Source: Mizuhopecten yessoensis
Lineage: Eukaryota
DNA length: 64,000 bases
Direction: 5' to 3'
NCBI RefSeq assembly: GCF_002113885.1
Contig: NW_018408610.1
Coordinates: 564,648 to 628,647 of the forward strand
A program made the position numbers and the translations under genes. The notes below the pieces were generated by a model, which did not search any database, was not told where the DNA came from, and saw only the letters and a list, made by a program, of their open reading frames with translations. This document shows positions 1 to 11,436 of the stretch, piece by piece (the first letter of the stretch is position 1; each line of letters opens with the position of its first letter).

Positions 1-231
1 ACAGAAAAGAACATGGAGTGATGCACGGTTATCAGTTTTGCCTAGTGAAGTGTTATGTAAGATTAAAACAAGCGAAACGGTTGCGCGTGAGAAAGATGTT
101 GACTGAAGTCCGGTGAATGAGATTGGTAAAACGAGTGTTCATGTTGGATGTCTTCGTTTAAAATGTTTTGCAGTGTTGTCATTAAAACTGTAGAAACCAA
201 CTGTATCTTCCTTCTGTTTACGGATACAACA
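1..231 (+). mobile_element. Possible 3' end of a retrotransposon LTR cut by the window edge
   Basis: ATTAAA at 181, then a TACAACA terminus at 225-231 and a shift to T-rich sequence. No second LTR or TSD is visible. Confidence 0.25.
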
Positions 232-2899
232 GAGCAGTGAGATGCTCATTATTCTTATTTTTCTATTTTGTAATGTTTGTAACAGATTCTATCAAACTTT
301 CTTGAATATGGCTTTTGTTTTGCTATTTTCATATTGTTTCCATTGTTATTCATGTTCATGTATTTTCAATTCCTTTTTTGATGAAGAACTAGCTATCGTG
401 AACTAAATGGTTAAGCACAAATTAGTCTACTCTTACCATAACATGTCATTAAAACAAATTAGAAAAGCTAATCATTATAAAATATTTAGTTCAATTTGTC
501 CAGAAATCACTGCTTGGAAGATTGTCTGTCATAATGCTTTTCCGGAATATATTTTTAAGTTACTTTCAGGAAAACATGTCAAGAGGATCACCATCAAACT
601 GGCAAAGAAATTCCAACCAAATGGCTAGAACAAAGAAGGATATGACTGATGAAGAAATAAGTGGGGGGAGTGAAGAGTGAGGAGGGGCATCTCATAACGG
701 ATATAACAAAAATGGCATTGACACATTTAACCACACGAGACAGAGGTAGAACTAATCATCAGAGGAAATGCAATCACTAAGGTATAACTATTCTAGTATA
801 TATGCAAAGATTTACTCGAAACAACTCGAAGGAACATTGACCTTTTACAGAGAGCTGCTCCAGACAATTTGATGAAGAGACCTATATTCTGTCGAATTTG
901 TCATTATGTGAAGAAATTGATGGACATACATGTTTGCCTTTCATTACTTTCATGAATTGTTAACCTCTTGCAAAAGGATAAATTGATAAATAAAACTGTA
1001 ACTATACAGTAGAAACAGAACTAACATGGGTTTTGAACTCATTACCGCCAAACTCATGACATTCAATTAATCTAGCAAGCTGAGCTACATTGCCAATTTG
1101 TCATAGTAATCATATTTGCCCAATCCAACTACAATCATATTTCTAACTAATTTCAGGGAGGATCGTTCAATTTCAGAAAAACTACGGTCGAATTATCTAG
1201 TGTTTTGCATTAGGCAGTACAAGGATCCGTACGGCTATTGATTTCATTGCGATTATTACCTCAGTTCAGTTGAAAATTGGGTTGTACAGGTTTTAAAGTA
1301 AAACCGGCATCAATTTGTTTTTGTAATTACCTGAATGCATATCAACATTTCTAAGTTGAACAAAATATAATGAATTCATAGATAAGTTTAATATATAATA
1401 GGTTAACATTTAACATTTGTGAAAAAACAAATGACTCCTTTTTTTAATTTGTTGATAAAAGCAGTGAAGTTGAGGAAAATGCAATTATAACACTTTTTAT
1501 GGCCCAATAGCAAGAAAACCGATCGAGATAGTTATATTTTTTTCCATCTTTTTCTATCAACTGATAATGCTGAATAATGAAAACTTGATTATAAACATCG
1601 TAATTAACAGAAAAGTACATTGATCTCATTGCCAAGTTACCAAGGCCTGATTTAACAGAAATTCTTATCGAAACATCTGTGATCAAAACCTACCGAGCTA
1701 GCTATTTGTATTGTTAAACCTCAATGTTCCTTTGCATTCTCAATGTTATTTGCTCGCGGACAATCTTTGATTTTTCATTGACCGTTACATTGATACTGTT
1801 TTGTATATACTTCCTGAATATATTTACTAGTACAAGACGTCCATGATCACAAGAAGTGATTGTTCGGACATAGGCAATATTTCAGCTTTCTACGATATTG
1901 ATACATCCCAGTTGGGATAAGAATACTAGCTGGAATCTCCAGTGTGATACGGACCACGGGGGAAACGTCACGCATCTTAGTAAAATCAGCAATTAGTCGA
2001 TGTTTTCAATGGAATGTAAATTAATACATCTCAAGTGAATAATTTATAAGGAATCAATGATAAAACATGTTGCTGATATAAAAGTGGTATTTGTAGTAAG
2101 GTTTGACCTTTATATTAGATTTTATTGCATATTGAGAAATATTCAGAGCCCTATAGCATGAAAACCGATATGGATAGGTATATATTAGTTTGTTCTGTTT
2201 ACTAATGATGCCCAATTATGGACTGATCAGAAGGCTATCCAGCTATTATGCTCTGAAAGGAATGTTAATGCTGATTTTTCTTTGAAAATGATAAATAAAT
2301 ACTTGGCTTTTATGTTTACAAGCCTTTACTACTGTTGCCACGGAAACGAGATCGGTTACATATTATTTATATGAGTTTATTATAATGAGAATAAATCAAG
2401 TTATGTACCCCAAGTTTTAATTGACATTGTTGGACCAGGAAAAGGGAAAATGTTACATTACCGGTTGTCATAACAAGAAATTAACAAAAAACATCAAATT
2501 TTCCAAGTTCTTCTCCTCTGAAGTACAGGGAGAATAACCGTATGGTTGGCCATGTGAACCCGCAAGCAAAATGTATGCCTTGTTCAAACTTTGTTAACGT
2601 CTTCAGAAATAGAAAATCAGTTCCCTAAATATCCTTCAACTCAACACTAACTTTAAATAAATGCATATAGTATATCAGTCAAACATTAATATCAGTCTTT
2701 CGGTCGGCGATGAACATACTACAAAAAATTGTATCAGTCTCGTGTCTTTATTTTGGAGAAGAGCTACTTATGCAAACTTGATTTTGCAGGTCATGTACAA
2801 AACGTTATCGTACATTTTATCACAATTTTACCTGTGAGATATTGAAAACCATTTATTCTAAAAAAAAAAAAACGGTTTTGCTAATTTGACCATCTTTTA

Positions 2900-4090
2900 T
2901 GAGAATAATTGCTTTTCAGAAAGTCTGACATTTTACAAGTGGCCAATCTAGTAAAAGCCTGGTTAGCTTAACGATACGAAGGCGTCGAAAAAATCCGGCT
3001 GAGACATCAGCCCATTCTTCTGGCCAGAATAACCGTCTGATACCTACAAAGGGAAACTATTCTTTGGAGAAAATAAAATGTTTAATTCCATAGTGAACTT
3101 TCATTTCCATGGAAGGCATCAGGAAGCAATTCTAACTATTTGATCGAAGAAAACTCATGTCAAATGAAACACTGTCATCGGCTAAAAGTACAAAGTCAGA
3201 CTAAGCGATTTGCAAAAAGTATAAGAAAACTAGGGTCATCTCTCACAGTGGTGAAGTATCACTTACATCGGGTGTGTTGATATTCTATCATCAGGATAAA
3301 TAAATACATTGCGATAGTAATTTGGCATACTTAACATAACAGAGTGCATAGCTTTGAAACATTTGCGGTTGGAAGATCAATTTTCTTTCCCATATTGGGG
3401 AGCCTCAAAAACTAATCCTGAGCTGGCGCTTCGCGCCTCGACATATTGCTAACAGTAACATGATTTTGAACTCATATACAGATACAATAAAAACGAAACT
3501 TAAAAACTCTCCAACACCGACAGCATGGAGCTTGTATCGATATTGTCGGAACGAACAGCGAGGCCGTTTTACTGTTTGATTGTTCGGTGCCAAAATCTGG
3601 CCACAGCGTCTGAACATAAGAATGAACATCTACGAAGTGAATAAAAAGTACCGTTTTGAATGGACAATACCATAACATATATTTTTCAATGTGAAGATAT
3701 AGCATTTCGTATTTTTCTCATTCCTGTGCGTTTATGACAACACTGTTAAGGCTAGGAGAGGAGTGTAAACAATTATATATTACACGCAATTTCACTTGAG
3801 TGACCACACAATGGGACAAAGATGACGTGACGTCACAAAACGGGAGCCTTCCGTTACTACGATGCAGAAATTTCGACGCGTTCTATTGGTTTCTGAGCTA
3901 ATACTGCTGATTGGAATGAGAGAAAAAACACTCTTCCATGCCAAGTGTGTAGGCTAGGATCATTTTTAATTTCGGGCTTTTCAAATTGGTGCAAAATCCT
4001 TGTAAGCTTCGGATTTCACCTACTTTGAAAACTCTCCTAGTGGAATTCCCCGAGCGTATATCTCCGGGTATGAAAGAGACTAATAATTAT
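2900..4090. mobile_element. Possible degraded Crypton-like (DUF3504 tyrosine recombinase) DNA element remnant
   Basis: Plus-strand fragments TSGQSSKSLVS (~2935) and FGENKMFNSIVNFHF (~3063) resemble the C-terminus of DUF3504 proteins. GGCGC-TTC-GCGCC hairpin at 3425-3437 and an imperfect inverted repeat at ~3978-4031. No intact ORF. Confidence 0.25.
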
Positions 4091-6344
4091 TATTTATAAC
4101 ATAATGACATAAATACAACATATGATTTTAGTTAATAAAATATTACTTACATAAAACAAACAGCAACGTACGATGTATATCTGGAATGAAACATAACAAA
4201 TGTATAAGTTGTTGTTGTAAGACAGACATACAACTGTACGCATCTGTAACAATGTTGTTGTTGTTGAAATATTTATTTTGAATATTATTGCATTATAAGC
4301 TAGAATCAATCACAAGATTGATGATATTCTCAATATGGTGTATTGTTTGCATTAATGTTTCTTTGATACAACTATTTAAGAATAACTTATTATTCAAATA
4401 CGAACAATCCGAGGACATCTTCTATCTAGCTTATCGGGTTTAAAGATTGGTCTCTTGGAATTACGACAAGTCTTTACTTGATATTACAACGAGATGTCGT
4501 AATTAAGACATCAGTTAAGTAAAAAAAACAGCTTGGTTATGTTTTTTAGTACAAGTAAAAGAAAACTCCCTGAGTAACATAATATTTCTAGACATTAAAC
4601 TTAAACATACTCCACTTCACAGATTCATACTTAGATTTAAATATAATGGTTGATACTAATGGTCGCCTGATAGTAGAATGTAAAACATCACGACTTTCAA
4701 TTCACAATTGTAAACTTTCTTTTCTCAGTAGTAATAACGACGAATATGATTTTAGAGGATTCAATAATTTTATATGTTGAGGTGTACTCTGTTCTTGTGT
4801 CTGTCTTTTATATCGACTTTGTTTTCCTATTTCGTCCTATGTAAGTTCAAGATGTGTTTTATTCTGTTGACACTATACTCACGTGACTCATGGTATGTTC
4901 AGACCCCAAGATTTGCAAGAAAACCGGGATAGAAGGAAAAACACGTTTCCTTTCCAGTTTTAATGATTTTGTTTTGGGTCTATGCTGTTTATCCTTTTGT
5001 TTTAGTGTTTCCTCTAATTGTATTCGAGTTACATCTTTATCTTATTTTATCTACGTATTAAGAAATCATATAACCCTACGAGTTCTCTCTATCTCTCCTT
5101 GAAGAACAAATATTTCGACATTAAAATTGCCTTGATGAAAATACAGTCTAAAAAACCGTCCCACTTACCCTTCATTATGAAGTCCCCCCGGTCGGTTCTG
5201 TAAATGGGGTAATATTCCTCGGAAGTTTTATTACGACAACAAACACCTATACCTGTTATATTTCCCACTCCTTGCCGCAATGTATCTATAAGATTTTTTG
5301 AATGATATCTGTACTTGTACATTCAACGTTATCAGGGCGTATAACCCTATTGAGGCACACCACAGGAAATATTTACTGGGAACTTTGTCATTGTGTACAC
5401 ACAAGACGAAAAGGGCAACCACGTTTAAACCTCAATAAAAATAAAGGTATTGACAATAGTTTTGGCAAACTGCCATGCAAGAATTGTTTAAACATGTCAA
5501 ATATTCAAGCAAACAAAAATACTATATAAAATTAAACTTATTGACAACATAACTAAGTTAGCGTGTTGTCATATATAATATAAATACTTTTTTCTCTTTC
5601 AGCAATTTGATAAATGATCGCGTATTGTGCTTGGTGTCATGCATTTAATTTATTTATTTTTTAAACATATTTATGATTTTTATGTTTTTTGTTTGACTGT
5701 TAGTTAACATAATAGTAATATATATATATATATATTGTATTTTACGCAGTTTGCCTGACACGACTTTATTGTATTTTAAACAGTTTACCTTTTGAAAATT
5801 GATACGGTAAAGTAAGAATGCATTCATATATGTATATATATATATGAATGCATTTCCATACGTATCTCTTGTCTAAAATATGTATCGAGCTTATCTACAT
5901 GACCTGCTGTGACATTTATCGGTACATAAACTATAAATATGTTATATTATATATATCTTTATAGATAAAGAAGTGGACATTGCTGATCATGGAACATATG
6001 AATTTTTACAGAGTGATAGTAGTCAATTCTTTTGTATTTCTGTAATAGGCATACACATTTTGCAAATTATTTATTTCAGTTCCGTAATGGAGAAGTCTGT
6101 TAAATTTGTATAAAGAGGCAACCAAAATCGCATAAACGTTGTCTCTATAAAGAAATGGTCACGTTATAGAGACATAATTCAGTACACTGCTTGGTGAGGA
6201 TGAAAATAGGTGGTCTCCTAAAAGAGAATATTGCTTAATAGTATGGTTTTAAGCAGATTCGTCTGTGTTTTATATATTTCTGATATGACAACGGTATATG
6301 GTTATAATCCAACTGCAGGCAGTAATTACCGATGTCTTGAGATT

Positions 6345-6525
6345 TGAGAGGAATCATCATGATTGGTGTCAAAACCTCATTGAAGACTGGAACAACTCTA
6401 AAGTGATTAAAAGGGAAGACAACTGGAAAGTGAGAAATCATAAAACCCATCTGGGTAAGAAGTGGAATTGATGTGCAGGGACAAAGGGGGCCACCACTTG
6501 AGTCATCTGTATGACCCCATTTTAT
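6345..6525 (+). mobile_element. Penelope-like element GIY-YIG endonuclease C-terminal remnant
   Basis: Frameshifted translation DWNNSKVIKREDNWKVR / IKPIWVRS / MCRDKGGHHLSHLYDP matches the PLE C-terminal pattern IDW..KV..RE..W..R.IKEAIWIR..MNRD.G..LSH.YD. Confidence 0.6.
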
Positions 6526-6531
6526 CATCCT

Positions 6532-6890
6532 CTAAGGGTCATAATGGGTAAACATATACCCGTCCGTCTGGCTGCCTGCATTATCAGAGTGCTATTAGGA
6601 CTAAATATTTCAATAGTTTTGATAGCTGACTTAACTGACTCGGCATAACGTGAAATAGCGAGTTTTTTCCAGTGGTTAAGGGTCGAGACTATGGTTCTTT
6701 GCAATCTTTTCTTGACAAAGAAAACAGACGTTCGAAAGCTTGCAAAATAAGTTTTCAGTCACTATTTGTGTTTCAAAACGAACATTTACGATTCATACCA
6801 AACAGTAATCGCACTCCGAGTTCCTCACCCTGTCATCATAAAAATGTCCCCGATTTATTTGTCGATAAATTAAACACCAGAATAAATTGA
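6532..6890 (+). repeat. Dispersed repeat, copy 1 (probable non-autonomous DNA transposon end)
   Basis: Alignable by eye with 38861-39140 (ctaaggg..aatgggtaaacat..ctgcctgca..agctgactt..gtcgagac..gcaaaataagttttca). Confidence 0.6.
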
Positions 6891-8519
6891 AAAAAAATGG
6901 AAATATTGCTTTCGCCTAGAATCAACGCAAACTTTTTTTACCTTTATTGATTTATTTTGTTATTTATTTCATTCTACTCAGGTATTTAAACGAGAAAACA
7001 TGCGCTTTCAATGATTCTGATTTAAGAATCGTTAGTGTGTTTTACTTGGATACCAGCTCCGTTAGGAACCTCTACGTTACATAGTGTGAAATCAATAGAT
7101 AAGCATGGTGTATCAACATATATTTCAAGGTAAGGGCGAGGCTACCTTAAATGTGATATGGTATTTTGACAGGTTCATTGCGGAAGTCGTTGTCCCTTAC
7201 ACAGTAGGGTGTATGCGGTACACATAAAGCGATAACGCCCCAGGTATTACACCATAGTGTTGTATCTAAGATACACGTTCCCTTCTCCTTACCGGGTGGC
7301 ATGTCGATTGCAAAAACTATATTAAAATACCATTTGGCAAAATATAAATGCGATTTGTAAAACTGATTATAGTTATTTATTTTCTTAAACAGTATTTTTC
7401 AAAGTACACAATGACTAAGCTTATGTCTTAAAAAGTATGTGTTATTACGGGAAGGTCTACTATAAATACGCTTTTCTCGGGGGCGCACACATATAACACT
7501 CTTTATCGGTCCATCATCACCAAGTGGTTGAAGAGATACGTCTGATGCAGACATAAGCTGATCTTCTTTAGTGTTCTCTAATATATTCGGTTAAATATCC
7601 GTCATATGTTATACCCATGTTATACTTTAATGGAATATTTATTGTGAAATAATCTCATCCTTTTTGTTACATAAGTTATCTATTCTTCATATTCCTTTTA
7701 CATATTTATTATAATACAGATGTTTATATTTCCGTTGTTGACCTGATATCCAAAGCCGTATTTGTTCAGGTCAGACGTCCAGAAACTTTGTACCTAGGTT
7801 TTCCCCAAAAATATGAAAGTAGAAACAATGTTTACATCCTATAACTTTATTTGTTTCTTAAATATTTTTACTTACTAAAGAATTAGGGGTCCTAAATGTC
7901 TATGACCGATGACTTCATGTTTCTGAAGTACATTACTTTTTATATCGAATTAGGCTAGCTTTAAATAATTACTCGGATTATATACACTGCAATGAAATCT
8001 ACATATCTTTACAGCTATCTTTATACATTATGCTTTGACTGCATCTTTCTGACCAAATGTTATATTATTCCTTAGCAACAGGTAACGCGGGTCATACCTT
8101 TTAAGAGCACATTAAAGTTATAAATAGTTGCGCTTCATACCTAACCGATAAGTGTCAAATTGAATCCATCTGTGAATTCATGCTGTTTTATGTGTATTAC
8201 TGTTCATGTTCGTTTAAACAATAGTTCCTTACTACAATACCATGCACTTTTCAATTGCAAGGTCATTTATATTTGAATAATACAGACAAAAAAATAAAAT
8301 AATACCACACAGCATGCGTGGTTGAAGTTTACGTCCTGATATAATGGATGTAAGCTGTAGGGTAGTAGTGGGTTGGTTGCTGATAAGGGGAGTGTAAATC
8401 AATCAGTGTACTTGGTGTCGGAGTAGGCGTAGATGTTGGTAGGCTTTGTTGCAGTAGAAATGGTTGTGTTGTGAATGAGGTTGTAGTAGTTTTGGTTAAA
8501 GGGGATATCGCAGGATGTA

Positions 8520-9255
8520 GGGTTGTCGTAGGCGTGGTTATTGTAGGTGTTGTCAGATTAGGCGTGGTTATTGTAGGTGTTATCAGATTAGGCGTGATTA
8601 TTGTAGGTGCTGTCAGATTAGCCGTGGTTATTGTAGGTGTTGTCAGATTAGGCGGGGGTTATTATAGGTGTTATCAGGCTAGGCTGGGTTATTATAGGTG
8701 CTGTCAGATTAGGCGTGATTATTGTAGGTGCTCTCAGATTAGGCGTGGTTATTGTAGGTGTTGTCAGATTAGGCTGGGTTATTATAGGTGCTGTCAGATA
8801 AGTTGTGGTTAATATAGGTGCTGTCATATTAGGCGTGGTTATTGTAGGTGTAGTCAGATAAGTTGTGGTTATTGTAGGTGTAGTCAGATTAGGTGTAGTT
8901 TGTGTAGGTCTGGTCAGATGAGGCGTCGTTTTTGTAGGTCTGGTCAGATGAGGCGTCGTTTTTGTAGGTGTTGTCAGATTAGGCGGGGTTATTGTAAGTG
9001 CTGTAATATTTAGCGTGGCTTTTGAAGGTGCTGCCAGATTAGGCGTGTTTTTTGTAGATGCTGTCAGATTATGCGTGGTTTTTGTAGGTGCTGTCAGATA
9101 AGGCGTGTTTTTTGTAGATGCTCTCAGATTAGGCATAGTTATTCTAGGTGTTATCAGAGTAGGCGTGGTTATTGCAGGTGTAGTCAGATTAGGCGTGGTT
9201 ATTGTAGGTGCTGTAAGATAAGGAGTGGTTATTGTAGGTGTTGTCAGATTCTCAG
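8520..9255 (-). repeat. 30-bp coding-type minisatellite (10-aa unit NLTTPTITTP) of the mucin paralogue
   Basis: About 24 tandem units of gtcagattaggcgtggttattgtaggtgtt; extra G at ~8655 breaks the frame. Confidence 0.9.
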
Positions 9256-10362
9256 CCAAAGCGTAACTTGCCATATGAGTAGGAGTTATTGCACGTTCTT
9301 AACAGACCGCGTGCGTTATATGTACTCACTTTGTCTGTTATCTGTCATTTCAGCTTTTGAATACCCATGTTAATTAGTTTTGTTAGTTTCGACGCCTCTT
9401 TATAACAAGTATTCAGTACACTGCCAACGAAACACAGCACTCTAATAATGAATGATGATAATGATCTGCGAAATTAAGGTAGTAAAACAATACCTAAATC
9501 AAAACACCAATTTTTAAACAATGATAATTGTTTGTAACCATTCTAATGCAATATTTGTCCATAGCACCGAGATTGATTGCATGATGTATGTTCCATGGAT
9601 CATTAATGCTATATTTATACACAACAAAACAAAGAATTAAAGTTCAAAAATGTATTGAGTCTAAATTTAAAGTAACTTGTTCAGGTTATATTAGTTATCT
9701 TTTGGCATTCTTAGGGTCTGCTCTCTGTTACTTAGACTAACTACAACATAGTTGGTTACAAACATATCTATTTACAGCAAAACGAAATTAAAAAACAACA
9801 CACTTAACTTAAAAGAAGAGTGGGTCGATCCCCGGCTTGAGCGATCTCAAGCTTGTGACTAGAATAAGTTGTGGGGGGATCCCCAGGGCTTGAGCGATCC
9901 CAAGCTGTGGAGCGTGTAGCTAACAGGCGGCCCTGCAAACAGGCATCGAGCGACCCCGGTGCCTGAGTGTTCAGAGTATAAGTAAGAAACATGGTTTACA
10001 GGGCGATCCCCAACAGGCACTTACACATTTATACTCTGACTAGCTAAGCACGCCCTAAGTCACCTACCCTAAAACTATGTTAGATTATCAAAAAGCAAAC
10101 CAGGATTAAGAAATGTACGTGACTTAAAGGGGGTGCTCCCCGGCAGGCACACAAACTGGTTATGATTGCAAAAAAAAAATTTACAACAACAAGCATATAA
10201 TGAATTGGGGGTATAATTCCCGAATTACATGTCCAAATCGAACGAAGGTTACAGATACAAATGTAAATGTGAAGTAACAGAGCGAGAGCCCCCAAGAATT
10301 GTAAAACAGAAATATTACATAAAAAAATGGTTACACATATAAAAATACATACACGTGGTAGG

Positions 10363-11436
10363 TTACATAGATTCCGATATATTCATGTTTTCCTGGGCCT
10401 GTTTAATAATGGAAGGATGGGTGTGTATATAACGAGTGAAACAGTCAGACTTCCATCTACCCAAAACTTGGAGGACATGACCTTCGACCCCTCCTGCTGC
10501 CCCTGAGGTGCAGGCACCAATTCTAAAAGAATGGCCACTAAAAAATCTATCTTCATAGCCTAGTCTGCTCAAAGTATCTTTCAGGTAACACAAGAAGGTA
10601 GTCCTAGTCAGAGGTCTATAACTGCACTCATTTTCAAGAAATAAAGGTGCATCAACGTCAGCACCTTGTTGATGCCTCATGGTCAAATACTTGTGCATGG
10701 TATCAACAGGATATAGAGGCTTGTTTTCAAAAATAAAAATTGACACGCCTTTACCAAAAGGATCTGTTTTAGAAGATCGTAATCTTAGGGAAAATTTTGA
10801 CTTGTCATCTGCAATTACAATATCACCAACTTTAACAAAATTCCCATTGAATGATCTGCAAGTGAATTCCCCACATCGTAAAAAACCATAGAATGCAGTT
10901 TTAAAGGTGCATGCTAACATGAGGTCAACAAAAGGAGTAAATACTCCTGAATGAAGAGCCGTACATAAATTTGACAATATAGGAAAGGTAATAGGGAGTC
11001 GATGTACATTAGGAATATTGTTCTGTGTTCTCTTAACAGCACGTAGAATGTATGGCAGGCGTAGTGAATTACTTAAAGGATCACCTTGCCCTTGTCGGAT
11101 GTAGTGATAGCGTATGCCGGCCAAGTATAGCTTGATAGTATCAAATCTAAAGTTTAAAGATGCTTGGCAAAAAGTCACAAAAGCTAACAAAATGTCCTCT
11201 GAGATCACTGGAAGGGTTCCTGAAATCCAAGGTGCCACGAGGCAGCGCATGGCAAGAAATGACAGGAAACACGATAATGCTGACTTATAGGTTGCAAGTG
11301 TGGACTTGCTGAGGGAATGGTCCCACAAATGAGCGAGGTCTGCACTTAAGCCATCATCAGCTCCTGCATGGGGAGGCAAGGTGTGGGTTGCTGGTCTGCG
11401 TAGGGTGCCAGTTCCCGGAATCTGGTCATCTGCCAA
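10363..11436 (-). CDS. Tyrosine recombinase of the retroelement
   Basis: Catalytic set present: FLRCGE (R), SKTD (K), GHSFRIG (HxxR), LGRW (W), RYI (Y). Confidence 0.95.
   Translation of the reverse strand: MADDQIPGTGTLRRPATHTLPPHAGADDGLSADLAHLWDHSLSKSTLATYKSALSCFLSFLAMRCLVAPWISGTLPVISEDILLAFVTFCQASLNFRFDTIKLYLAGIRYHYIRQGQGDPLSNSLRLPYILRAVKRTQNNIPNVHRLPITFPILSNLCTALHSGVFTPFVDLMLACTFKTAFYGFLRCGEFTCRSFNGNFVKVGDIVIADDKSKFSLRLRSSKTDPFGKGVSIFIFENKPLYPVDTMHKYLTMRHQQGADVDAPLFLENECSYRPLTRTTFLCYLKDTLSRLGYEDRFFSGHSFRIGACTSGAAGGVEGHVLQVLGRWKSDCFTRYIHTHPSIIKQAQENMNISESM

Larger units (their letters stand above)
5170..9465 (-). pseudogene. Decayed tandem paralogue of the SEA/EGF transmembrane mucin
   Basis: Collinear remnants: acceptor at 9466-9468; PTS exon ~8333-9465 with stops and frameshifts, ending TSIISG (cf. 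SSVISA in the intact gene); SEA piece TDGFNLTLIG with gtatg donor at 8141-8185 (cf. TDGFERVTIIG); PRYKVSG..TNT at ~7745-7800; CPFRLVC..FPVVC and GIGVCCRNK..YRTDRGDF with gtaagt donor at 5170-5430. Confidence 0.65.

Noticed and set aside
407-960. Purine-rich, exon-like stretch
   Set aside because: Stops in all frames and no recognisable family.
10363-11436. Phage integrase or bacterial contamination
   Set aside because: The YR overlaps RT-RNaseH and gag in the DIRS/Ngaro layout.
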